DNA from: an uncultured Clostridia bacterium
GTDB taxonomy: Bacteria > Bacillota > Clostridia > TANB77 > CAG-508
NCBI GenBank assembly: GCA_947631145.1
Contig: CANRKF010000003.1
Coordinates: forward strand, 1 to 51,462
Direction of reading: 5' to 3'
Length of the DNA stretch: 51,462 nucleotides
Below the pieces are notes generated by a model, which saw nothing but the letters and a program-made list of their open reading frames with translations, did no database searches and was not told the origin of the DNA. This document shows positions 12,060-22,966 of this stretch, piece after piece. Position 1 is the stretch's first letter; every line of letters begins with the position of its first letter. A program made the position numbers and the translations under genes.

Positions 12060-12704
12060 TTAAACTCCAAGACTTAATATTTGCGTTTTTACCTCACAGT
12101 TTTGCATATCTTCTATTGGCTTTGGTTGTTCTTTTTGATATTTTACCATATATTTTATAGGATTATAATATATTGTGTCTGAATAAATAGATTTATTTGG
12201 TACTATATTTTTTTCTAACTCTGTTATTAATAAATTCCTTTGTTCCTTACTTAATGTTTCTACTGGTATTTTTAAATTATTATAAGCCCATAATATATGC
12301 TTTTTTTCCACTTGTTCTTTTAAAATAGGCACCTCATCGTAGTTAAATTCTACTGTGAATTTTACTCCTTCTATTTTTATGGTAATATTAGTCCACGACT
12401 TTCTACGTAATTTATTAAATTCCTCTTTTAGCTCTTTAATTAGATCATATAATTTTATTGCTGATTTTATATATTGATTTTCATCTAAATTAAATCTGCT
12501 TGGAATTTCATAACTATTTATAGGTTTCTTTTTTAATATTCCCTTTGGAAAGTAATAGAAGAACATTTCGCCTGTTTTAAAGTTGCCCAAACTTTGTGCT
12601 ATAGAAGCATATAAATAAATTTTATCCCATTTTTCAGGTATCATATAGAAAAGTTGATTTTGTATTTTTTTATAAATTACTTTAATTGTTTCTACTTCTT
12701 GCAT
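12060..12704 (-). CDS. DUF600/YezG-like immunity-family protein
   Basis: MIPEKWDKIYLYA, EMFFYYF and WTNITI resemble the DUF600 (TIGR01741) family. Confidence 0.65.
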   Translation of the reverse strand: MQEVETIKVIYKKIQNQLFYMIPEKWDKIYLYASIAQSLGNFKTGEMFFYYFPKGILKKKPINSYEIPSRFNLDENQYIKSAIKLYDLIKELKEEFNKLRRKSWTNITIKIEGVKFTVEFNYDEVPILKEQVEKKHILWAYNNLKIPVETLSKEQRNLLITELEKNIVPNKSIYSDTIYYNPIKYMVKYQKEQPKPIEDMQNCEVKTQILSLGV

Positions 12705-12722
12705 TTTATAAAATTCCTAAAT

Positions 12723-14252
12723 CTATTTTTCTATTAGACTCTTGCCCGTCATTTCTTTAGGCTTTGGAAGCTCTAAAAGTTCTAACATTGTTGGGCTTAA
12801 GTCTGCCAACTTTCCTTCTTTTAGTTTTACACCTTCTAGTCCAATTAATACTAATGGAACTGGGTTTGTTGTATGGGCTGTATGTGGTTCTCCTGTTTTA
12901 TAATCTATCATTTGTTCAGCATTTCCATGATCTGCTGTCATTAATATTATTCCATTTTGCTTATTTACAGCATCAACTACTTTTTGTACACATTCGTCTA
13001 TTGCTTCTATTGCTTTAATTGCTGCTTCTAAGTTTCCTGTATGTCCTACCATATCTGGATTAGCATAGTTTAAAATAATTGAATCATATTTATTTGAATT
13101 TATTGCTTCTACTACTTTTTCTGTTACTTCATATGCACTCATTTCTGGTTTTAAATCATAAGTTTGTACTTTTGGAGATGGTATTAATATTCTATCTTCT
13201 CCTTTATATTGCTTTTCTTCTCCTCCATTAAAGAAGAAGGTAACATGTGCATATTTTTCTGTTTCTGCTATTCTTAGCTGTGTTAATCCTTTACTTGAAA
13301 TATATTCTCCAAATGTATTTTTTAATTCTTCTGCTTTAAATGCAATGTGTACATTTGGAATAGTTGCATCATATTCTGTAAAACATACATAATGTAAGTT
13401 TAAGTTTTCCGTTTTAAATTCTTTAAATTCTGGATCTACTAAACTTCTAGTAATTTCTCTCGCCCTATCTGGTCTATAATTAAAGAATATAACAGAGTCA
13501 TTTTTTGAAATTTTAGCAACTGGTTCTTCTCCATTGTATATAACAGTAGGTTCAACAAATTCGTCAAATACTTCTTTTTGATATGAACTTTCTATTGCTG
13601 AAATAGCAGATACAGCCTTTTCACCTTCTCCTTTAACTAATGCGTTGTAAGCTTTTTCTACTCTTTCCCATCTTTTATCTCTATCCATTGCATAAAATCT
13701 TCCGCAAATAGTTGCTATTTTTCCAACATTTTTTTCCTTCATTTTTTCTTCTAGTTTTGCAATATAGGTTTCTCCTGAAGTTGGTGGTGTGTCTCTTCCA
13801 TCTAAAAAGCAGTGTACATAAACATCTTCAAAATCCTTTCTTTTAGCAAATTCTAAAAGCGCTACTAAATGTCTAATATGGCTATGCACTCCTCCATCTG
13901 AAAGAAGCCCCATTATATGAAGCTTAGATTTGTGTTTTTTACAGTTTTCTATTGCATCTGAAAATTCTTTAATGCTAAAAAAATCTCCATCTTCTATAGA
14001 TTTTGTAATTCTAGTTAAGTCTTGATAAACAATTCTACCAGCTCCTATATTTGTATGACCTACTTCTGAATTTCCCATTTGTCCTTCTGGCAGACCAACA
14101 TCTAATCCGCTTGTGTGAAGAATTGTAGTTGGCCATGTTTTCATTAGTTTATCTATATTAGGTGTATTTGCGAGTTTTACTGCATTTGCTTTTTCATTTT
14201 CATTAATACCAAAACCATCTAATATCATTAGCATTATAGGCTTTCTTTTCAT
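12723..14252 (-). CDS. gpmI: 2,3-BPG-independent phosphoglycerate mutase
   Basis: [21 protein letters not shown]; start at MKRKP. Confidence 0.97.
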   Translation of the reverse strand: MKRKPIMLMILDGFGINENEKANAVKLANTPNIDKLMKTWPTTILHTSGLDVGLPEGQMGNSEVGHTNIGAGRIVYQDLTRITKSIEDGDFFSIKEFSDAIENCKKHKSKLHIMGLLSDGGVHSHIRHLVALLEFAKRKDFEDVYVHCFLDGRDTPPTSGETYIAKLEEKMKEKNVGKIATICGRFYAMDRDKRWERVEKAYNALVKGEGEKAVSAISAIESSYQKEVFDEFVEPTVIYNGEEPVAKISKNDSVIFFNYRPDRAREITRSLVDPEFKEFKTENLNLHYVCFTEYDATIPNVHIAFKAEELKNTFGEYISSKGLTQLRIAETEKYAHVTFFFNGGEEKQYKGEDRILIPSPKVQTYDLKPEMSAYEVTEKVVEAINSNKYDSIILNYANPDMVGHTGNLEAAIKAIEAIDECVQKVVDAVNKQNGIILMTADHGNAEQMIDYKTGEPHTAHTTNPVPLVLIGLEGVKLKEGKLADLSPTMLELLELPKPKEMTGKSLIEK

Positions 14253-14289
14253 TTTTTTATCTCCATTTCTATTGCGTTTTGTCATTTTT

Positions 14290-14580
14290 TAGCTTTACAA
14301 TTTTATAACTTTTTTTAATTTGTGTATTTTTAGTTATATAACTTTTATAAAAAATTGCACATTTTTAATTATATAATTTTTTTTTAATTTGCAATGTTTT
14401 TAATTTTATATAACTTTTTTAAATTTGCGTATTTTTAACTATATAATTTTTATAAAAATTTGCATTTTTTTATATATATTTTTTTAATTTGCAATATTTT
14501 TTATTATACAACTTTTTTAAAGATTTGTATATCCTTAATTATATAAATTTTATATTTGTATATTTTTTGACTCACTTGTT
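14290..14580. repeat. Degenerate ~40-bp AT-rich tandem repeat between tpiA and gpmI
   Basis: Recurrent tataa(c/t)tttt...aaattgc units. Confidence 0.7.
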
Positions 14581-14601
14581 TTTTATTTTCTGGATTTGTA
14601 T

Positions 14602-15351
14602 TTACACAGATAAACAAATTTTAGCAAATTCATCTGGTTTTAAGCTAGCTCCACCAACTAAACCACCATCTATGTCTGAAGTAGAAAATAATTCTTTACT
14701 ATTTTCTGATTTTACACTTCCTCCATATAAAATAATTAGTTTTTGTGCTACTTCCTCACTATAAAGATTTGCTACTTCATTTCTAATAGTTTTTATCATT
14801 TCATTTGCATCATTTGATGTTGCTGTTCTTCCAGTACCAATAGCCCAAATAGGCTCATAAGCAATTATTATTTTTTCTAACTGCTCACTTTGTATTCCTT
14901 CTAATGCAAGTTTTACTTGATTTCTTACTATATTTTCGTGATTACCTGCTTCTCTTTGCTCTAAAGTTTCTCCTACGCATACAATTGGCTTTAATTCGTT
15001 TTGAAGAGCTGATTTTATTTTTTTATTAACTGTTTCATCGGTTTCAGCAAAATACTTTCTTCTTTCAGAGTGACCTATAATAACATATTCTACTCCAATT
15101 GATTTTAGCATTTGTCCAGAAATTTCTCCTGTGTAGGCTCCTTTTTCTTCCCAATGCATATTTTGTGCCCCTATTTTTATATTTGTATTTTGAACAGTTA
15201 ATAGGCTATAAAATAAATCTGTATATGGTACGCAAAGTATTATTTCATTTGATGTGTTTTTTACCTGTGCAGATAATTCTTCAATAAATTTTATTGCTTC
15301 ATTTGGAAGCATATTCATTTTCCAATTTCCTGCAATTACTTTTCTTCTCAT
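14602..15351 (-). CDS. tpiA: Triosephosphate isomerase
   Basis: AGNWKMN, GHSERR, AYEPIWAIGTG. Confidence 0.98.
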   Translation of the reverse strand: MRRKVIAGNWKMNMLPNEAIKFIEELSAQVKNTSNEIILCVPYTDLFYSLLTVQNTNIKIGAQNMHWEEKGAYTGEISGQMLKSIGVEYVIIGHSERRKYFAETDETVNKKIKSALQNELKPIVCVGETLEQREAGNHENIVRNQVKLALEGIQSEQLEKIIIAYEPIWAIGTGRTATSNDANEMIKTIRNEVANLYSEEVAQKLIILYGGSVKSENSKELFSTSDIDGGLVGGASLKPDEFAKICLSV

Positions 15352-15522
15352 TTAAAACTCCATTTCTTTTTTTATAATGCATTTTTGCTTTTTGTACAAA
15401 GCAAAATCATTTATCTATGCTTGCTATGTGAAGCAAAGCTACGGTCATTTTACCTATATGTTTGCTATATAAAGTAAAGCTTGTAGCATTTTCTTCACAC
15501 ATTAATTCAGACATTATTTTTT

Positions 15523-16860
15523 CTATTTTTCTTGTCCAATATTTTTAGCTTCTTGACTACTTGTTTTCTTTACTGTTTTTTCAGCATTATTTAAGGCTGC
15601 AATTCCAGGTAGTTCTTTTCCTTCTAGAAATTCAAGTGATGCTCCTCCACCTGTAGATAAATAAATATTTGAAAACTGCTTTGTGTTTTCTCCATTTTCT
15701 TTTGCTTTTGTTTTAATTTTTTGAATAGCTGCTACTGAATCTCCACCGCCGATAACACATTTAGCATTTCCTGCAGAAATATATCTTGCAATAGATTCTG
15801 TTCCATGTGCAAAGCTTGGTGCTTCTGTATAGCCTAAAGGTCCATTCCATACTACTGTTTTTGCACCTTCTAGACCACTTGCAAAGTGTTCTAAAGTTTT
15901 TTCTCCTACGTCTAGCATTTGCCAGCCTTCTAGGCTTTCACCTTTTCCTTCTTCAATTTCTTGCTCTGTATAAAGCTTTACTTGTTTATGTTCTACTGCT
16001 TCTATTTTTTCGCTGTCTAATTCTGCACCTGCTGGAAGTTTTGCTACTTTTGCATCTACTGGTAAAATAATTTCTACGCCTTTATCTTTGGCTTTTTTCA
16101 TTAATTCTTTTGCAACTTCTACTTTATCTGGTTCATATATTGAACCTCCAATATCATAGCCTTTTGCTTTTAAAAATGTAGTTGCCATTGCTCCGCCAAT
16201 TTCTATTCTTTCTACTTTTTCTAATAAATTTTCTATTACACCAATTTTATCTGAAACTTTTGCTCCGCCAAGTATCGCTACAAAAGGTTGCTCTGGGCTT
16301 TCTAATACTGCACCTAACTGTGCTATTTCTTTTTCCATTAAAAGCCCTGCTACTGATGTTTCTACATGATGTGTTACACCTTCAGTAGAGCTATGTGCTC
16401 TATGTGCTGTTCCAAAAGCATCATTTACATATATTCCATCTTCTCCTATTAGTTCTGCAAGTTCTAAAGATAATGTATCATCATTTTTTTCTTCTCTTGG
16501 ATCAAAACGTACATTTTCAAGTAGACCCGCTTCACCTTCTTTTAAGTTATCTGCCATTTCATGTGCGCTACTGCCTGTAACATCTTCTGCAAGTTTTACA
16601 TCTAGCCCTAATTCTTCAGATAATTTTTCAGCTACTGGCTTTAAAGAATATTTTTCATTTACTTCTCCCTTTGGTCTACCTAAGTGTGAACATAATACAA
16701 CTTTTGCACCATTTTCTATTAAATACTTAATAGTAGGAAGTGCTGCTTTAATTCTTGTATCATCTGCAATCTTTCCTTCTTTTATTGGTACGTTAAAATC
16801 ACAACGTACTAATACTTTTTTTCCTTTTACGTCAACATCGCGTATTGTTTTTTTCTCCAT
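15523..16860 (-). CDS. pgk: Phosphoglycerate kinase with an internal insertion and a C-terminal tail
   Basis: RCDFNVP, NDAFGTAHR, STGGGASLE. Confidence 0.97.
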   Translation of the reverse strand: MEKKTIRDVDVKGKKVLVRCDFNVPIKEGKIADDTRIKAALPTIKYLIENGAKVVLCSHLGRPKGEVNEKYSLKPVAEKLSEELGLDVKLAEDVTGSSAHEMADNLKEGEAGLLENVRFDPREEKNDDTLSLELAELIGEDGIYVNDAFGTAHRAHSSTEGVTHHVETSVAGLLMEKEIAQLGAVLESPEQPFVAILGGAKVSDKIGVIENLLEKVERIEIGGAMATTFLKAKGYDIGGSIYEPDKVEVAKELMKKAKDKGVEIILPVDAKVAKLPAGAELDSEKIEAVEHKQVKLYTEQEIEEGKGESLEGWQMLDVGEKTLEHFASGLEGAKTVVWNGPLGYTEAPSFAHGTESIARYISAGNAKCVIGGGDSVAAIQKIKTKAKENGENTKQFSNIYLSTGGGASLEFLEGKELPGIAALNNAEKTVKKTSSQEAKNIGQEK

Positions 16861-16919
16861 TTTATTATATTTCCTTTCTATTTACTTTCTATTTTTTATG
16901 TTTTTTTATTTGTAATTCA

Positions 16920-17110
16920 TTTTATATTTTTTGTACTTTTTTAGCTAGTTTCTTAACTTTTAAATTTATATTGTACATGTTTATTTAGCTAATCTTTTTG
17001 ATTTATATTGTACATGTTTACTTAGCTAATTTACTAGCTTTTTGATTTACATTGTACATTTTTATTTAGCTAATTTACTAGCTTTTTTAATTTACTACTT
17101 TGACATTTAT
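16920..17110. repeat. Degenerate tandem repeat (atttatattgtacatgtttatttagctaat)
   Basis: 3-4 visible copies. Confidence 0.75.
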
Positions 17111-17134
17111 TTGACTTTAAATATTCATGTATTT

Positions 17135-17395
17135 TTATGCTTTAAAAGTTGGTGCCACACTTTCATTTTCTTGCAATTCAAATCTATATTTTTGCTTTAC
17201 ATTTGGATATTTTTCGTGGTCTACTTCACTTAAAAACATATCATATGGTCTAATGTATAATTCTTCTTTTCCATATAAACCTCTATATACTATATATTTT
17301 TCTTTAGTTTCACTGTGTATTGCTATATCTTCAACTATATAATAGTCACCTTTGAAATGTTTATATATTCCATGTATTTTTATTTCTCTTTCCAT
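17135..17395 (-). CDS. DUF1653 family protein
   Basis: YKHFKG, HSET, RPYDMFLSEVD, QKYRFE. Confidence 0.85.
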   Translation of the reverse strand: MEREIKIHGIYKHFKGDYYIVEDIAIHSETKEKYIVYRGLYGKEELYIRPYDMFLSEVDHEKYPNVKQKYRFELQENESVAPTFKA

Positions 17396-17494
17396 ACTTT
17401 CTTACCATTCCTTTTTATAAATTAGCTTTAAATACTATTTTTAAATTTTACTTTATTTTATAAATTTTGCTAATAAAATAAATCTTTAACTCAT

Positions 17495-17762
17495 AATTAC
17501 TACTATGTTTTTTATAAGAAAATCGTTTACTTCGTAAACAATTGCCACGTGCTCTGCACGGGCGAAAATAGGGAGATTAACCTTGTTTTCTAGGAAAAAT
17601 GCATTAAAAAAATGCACTTTCCTAGAAAATAAGAAAATCGTTTGCTTCGTAAACAATTGCCACGTGCTCTGCACGGGCGAAATTAGGGAGATTAACCTTG
17701 TTTTATATGGAAATTGCATTAAAAAATGCAATTTCCTATAAAATAAAAACATAGTAGTAATT
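17495..17762. repeat. Two 115-bp structured direct repeats enclosed by an 18-bp inverted repeat
   Basis: Units start at 17514 and 17629; inverted repeat arms at 17495-17512 and 17745-17762. Confidence 0.9.
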
Positions 17763-17771
17763 TTATTTATA

Positions 17772-18839
<1,068 letters not shown>

Positions 18840-19110
18840 TCACTGTAATTTTATATCAAAAAAGAATACTTTTCAAGTATTCTTTTTGATTTTGTATGAT
18901 TTATTTTAAATTATATCTAGCTTTTTTTACAATTTATTTAAAATTGTATTTAGCTTTTTACTTTATAATTTATTTTAGTAATATTGCTCTATTATTTATA
19001 TACATTTTAAATAAATATTTTACTTTTTAAATTTAAGAAATAGAAAATAAATCCTACTTTTGCAGAATCTATTTTCTATTTCTTATTAGATAAATTATAC
19101 ATATATTTTA

Positions 19111-19359
19111 TTATAGAGTGATATTATCTACAATTTCAATTTCTTGAAATAAAAAGTCATGTATACCTTTTGCTGTAACATCTTGATGCCAAAAATCATG
19201 TACTTCTTGGAATACTTTTTGTTGTTTTGGTGTTAATGTTACTGTAATTTCTTGGCATAAAAAGTTTTTTACTTTAGTCCATATGCTAACTTCTGCTGGT
19301 AAACCATTTGCTCCTGTTGGTACTCCACCATTTACTCCATTATTTTCTAGATTATCCAT
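19111..19359 (-). CDS. Hypothetical protein with an internal W-x(5-6)-FL-x-QE repeat
   Basis: Strong AAAGGAGG RBS; downstream hairpin at about 19045-19085. Confidence 0.75.
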   Translation of the reverse strand: MDNLENNGVNGGVPTGANGLPAEVSIWTKVKNFLCQEITVTLTPKQQKVFQEVHDFWHQDVTAKGIHDFLFQEIEIVDNITL

Positions 19360-19494
19360 AGTTCTTCCTCCTTTGTAAGGTTATCTCTTAATTCATTTAC
19401 ATATTATTTATACTATAACAATTTAAAATATTCAAGTATTTTTTTGATTTTTTGTATTACGTTTTTGTTACATCAATGTTACAGAAATATTACA

Positions 19495-20049
19495 TTAAAT
19501 TTCCATTTGACTTCCCAGAAAACTAGCTGCTGATTGTGCTACTTTTTGTTCTATTTCTGTCATTTTTGTATTATTATCTTTTGATAATAATATTACACTG
19601 CCTATAACATCTCCATCTGATATAATTGGGTATACTACTTGTGAATTATATCTTCTTTCCTTATTTTCATTTTTTGTAATTGGTATTGCTAAATCGTTGT
19701 TTTCTTTGCTTGTATATCTTTCTTTATCATCCATTACTTTTTCCAATTCTTCACTGATATCTTGCTCTAAAAATTCTTTTTTAGATCCTCCTGATACAGC
19801 AATAACTGTGTCTTTATCTGTAATGCAAGCAATATGTCCTGTTGTTTTTGCTAAGGTTTCTGCATATCCTGTTGCAAATTCTGTTAATTCGCCTATAGGA
19901 GAATATTTTTTTAATATAACTTCTCCTTCTTTGTCTGTAAAAATTTCTAAAGGATCGCCTTCCTTTATTCTTAATGTTTTTCTTATTTCTTTTGGTATAA
20001 CAACCCTTCCTAAATCATCTATTCTTCTAACTACTCCTGTTGCTTTCAA
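19495..20049 (-). CDS. spoVT: Stage V sporulation protein T (AbrB-GAF regulator)
   Basis: MKATGVVRRIDDLGRVVIPKEIR plus GAF domain. Confidence 0.95.
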   Translation of the reverse strand: MKATGVVRRIDDLGRVVIPKEIRKTLRIKEGDPLEIFTDKEGEVILKKYSPIGELTEFATGYAETLAKTTGHIACITDKDTVIAVSGGSKKEFLEQDISEELEKVMDDKERYTSKENNDLAIPITKNENKERRYNSQVVYPIISDGDVIGSVILLSKDNNTKMTEIEQKVAQSAASFLGSQMEI

Positions 20050-20120
20050 AATATTACCTCCTTTTAAATTTAGAGCTAATTGCTCTATGCAAAATAAAAA
20101 TTATTTTTTAAAACTATTCT

Positions 20121-20150
20121 TATTATTGCTTTAAAAGGAAATTTTTATAC
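20121..20150 (-). promoter_or_regulatory. Putative sigma-G promoter of spoVT
   Basis: GTATA-N17-CAATAATA on the minus strand; spoVT is a forespore gene. Confidence 0.6.
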
Positions 20151-20276
20151 ATTTTTTTATAAAATGCTACTTTGATTTATAGCTTGTGCTCTTATTACAT
20201 CAGCAGTTACAAATATTTCATATATAGGTAAATTTTTGTCCTTTCGGTTCAAAAATATATTTTTACTTTTAATTTG

Positions 20277-20603
20277 CTATATTTCTTCTATAATATTTAA
20301 ATAATCCATTCTTCCATTTAGCACTCTATAGATAATTACTTGCTTGCTTTTTTCTTCAACATCATATAAAGCTATATAATTATTAACAATTAGTCTTCTA
20401 TATATTTCATTATGTGGTTTTACACATACTTTCATACATGAATATGGATTATTTTCTAATCTTAAAAAATTTTGTTCAATTTTTTCCATTAGTCTATTAG
20501 CTGCTAATTTTTCATTTAAATTATTTGAAATATAGTCATATATTTCCTCGAGTTCTTCCTTTGCTGTATCTGTTAATATAATTTCATAATTATTAATATC
20601 CAT
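20277..20603 (-). CDS. RelE/ParE family toxin
   Basis: YEIILTDTAKEELEEIYDYI, YRRLIVNNY, IYRVLNGRMD; overlaps the antitoxin. Confidence 0.85.
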   Translation of the reverse strand: MDINNYEIILTDTAKEELEEIYDYISNNLNEKLAANRLMEKIEQNFLRLENNPYSCMKVCVKPHNEIYRRLIVNNYIALYDVEEKSKQVIIYRVLNGRMDYLNIIEEI

Positions 20604-20829
20604 ATTTTTCTCTTAGTCCTTTAAAAATAGTTCTTGCATTGTGTATTTTACCATCTTTATATTCTTTTTTGCTTTTTTCAAGTTTGTTTAAAAATATTTC
20701 TTTTTGATATTGTTCTAAGCTTATTACTAACAAATCTTTTTTATTTTCTCTTTTTATTATCATTGGTTCTATATCATCAGTTTCATTTACTGCATTTTCA
20801 AATTCTTTAATTGTTATCTCTTTTTGCAT
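20593..20829 (-). CDS. Phd/YefM-like antitoxin
   Basis: EPMIIKRENKKDLLVISLEQY; directly upstream of the toxin. Confidence 0.75.
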   Translation of the reverse strand: MQKEITIKEFENAVNETDDIEPMIIKRENKKDLLVISLEQYQKEIFLNKLEKSKKEYKDGKIHNARTIFKGLREKYGY

Positions 20830-21241
20830 ATTATCACAACCTTCCTATATTTAGATTATAACATAATTTTTTAGAAAATTACTACTCTATTTTAATATTT
20901 TTATCATTTTATAAAATATTATGCGGTAAAAAAGATATCTACTTTTTATGTATTCAAAATTTTTAAAGATTATTTCATATCAATATTTTTTTGCTTTTTA
21001 ACTGCAATGTAATACATATAAAATATGTAAATTTGTATCATAAAAATATAATGTATAATAATAAAATTTTTCATAGTCAGCCTTTCTATATTTATATTTA
21101 TTCTATACTTATTCTATACTTTTTCAACTACAATCTCGTCAAAAATATGTTTTTATATAACTTTTTATTTTTTCTAAACATATTTTTAATTTAATTTAAA
21201 AAAAGACAGTATCCTATAATAGGAACTATCTTCTTTATTTA

Positions 21242-22854
21242 TTAAAAATTATATTCTTTATATTTTTTATATGCAACAAATCCACCTGCAATTAATGTAA
21301 CTGTTACAATAGCTACTATACAAGCATTTACGCCAGTATTAGGAAGATTTCCTCCAGCTATAGTATTATCTTTACCTTTTGTTGGTGTAGTTCCTCCTGT
21401 TGCACTTCCAAAATCTGCCCATTCAAATTCGTCTTTACCATAGAAGAATAAAAACCATGAATCTGAATCAGCATATGCATGTGCTTGAGCTAAAGTTACA
21501 GCTTCAGCAGGAATATATTTTCCATTTTCGCTATCTACTTTTACATATAAATAATAGTATTCATTATGTTGAAGATTCTTTAAATCAATAGGTTTTGTAG
21601 ATTCTAATATTGAAGAATTATCAGCATCAACAGTTTCATTATACATTCCAGAATTTTCTTTAGCATAACTCAATAAATCTGCAAAACCAGAAGAATCTTT
21701 ATTTTTTATTTTTTGTAGTATAGATTTATCGGTTATTTTTCCAATTTTTATTTGCATTTTTCTATTATAATCAGATGAGTGTGTAAAGTTTGTTACAATT
21801 TGAGTACCAGAATATGTTACAAAGGATAAATCACTAAATGCATCTGCATATTTAGGTTCATCATATCTTTTAAGTTTAATTCCAGAGGCTATCACATTAT
21901 ATTTGCCATCTTTTTTTTCTAAAATATTTGCATATAGATCTTTATTTAATTCAACATATTCTGTAACAGTAGCTTTTAATTTTTTTGAAGTTTTATCATA
22001 ATCTAAATATAATCTATCTTCATCTTTTAAATTGGTTACATCTGGCTTTTTAGAATCATTAGTTAGCATTACATAATAGCTTTCACTTTCATCTACTGAA
22101 GCGCCTGATATTTCTAATATTGCTCCGCTTACTCCATCTTTCTTTAATTCAAATTTAGCTTTTGAAAAAGCTCCTGAAGTATCACCACCTGTACTAGAAC
22201 TTGATTTTATTTCAGATGAGTATACATTAAAATCTAATATGTGTCTGTTCCATTTGTAGCCTTTGCCCACAACACAAAGCATACTGTTCCTGTATATGTT
22301 TTAAAATCTAGGCTAACATTGCCTGTAGTATTAGTGGTTTCTGTCCAAGAATTTGTGTAATTTGGTATTAATGCATAATATTCATCTTCTAATTTTTTAA
22401 TTTCAGCTTCTACACCTTCATAATAGGTTTTATATGCGCTAGTGGCATCTTCATATGCTTTTTTAGCCACTGCAATTGCTTCTGCATTTTCTGGTTCTGT
22501 TTGTAGCAAGTTTTGATAATCTGTTTGTAATTTAGTTAAGTCTTTTGTTTTTGTTTCTATTTCTGCATTGCTTGTTTTTATATAATCATTAACTGCTGTA
22601 TGCTTTGCAGATATGCTATCCATTGTACTTTTTGTTATATCTACTTTTTGATATGAAATTGTATACCCTGTTGCACTTGATGATAAACTTATTGTTCCTG
22701 TTGCTACTCCATCCTTAATGGTTATAAGTATTGGTAATGTTATATATCCTTTTGGATCGATTTCTCCTGTGTATGCTTTTACTTTGCAGAAGCTTGAAAA
22801 CATTGTTAGAATAAGTACTAATAATACTATACTTGTTACTATTTTATTTTTCAT
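21242..22854 (-). pseudogene. LPXTG-anchored surface protein split by a 1-nt deletion near 22235
   Basis: Signal peptide in ORF 22234..22854; LPNTG, TM segment and basic tail in ORF 21242..22282; junction ACA TAT TA GAT TTT. Confidence 0.75.
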
Positions 22855-22966
22855 TGTATATTTCCCCCTATTTTCATTTGTTATAATCATATTTTTTTAA
22901 TTGATTATTTAGTGAAAATTGTATCATTAAATAATAAGATTTACAATAATTATTATTTTACATTTT

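Noticed and set aside
17486-17752. 88-aa ORF
   Set aside because: It lies wholly within the 115-bp duplication and has no RBS.
20158-20253. 31-codon minus-strand ORF between the toxin gene and spoVT
   Set aside because: No RBS or recognisable motif; at most a gene remnant.
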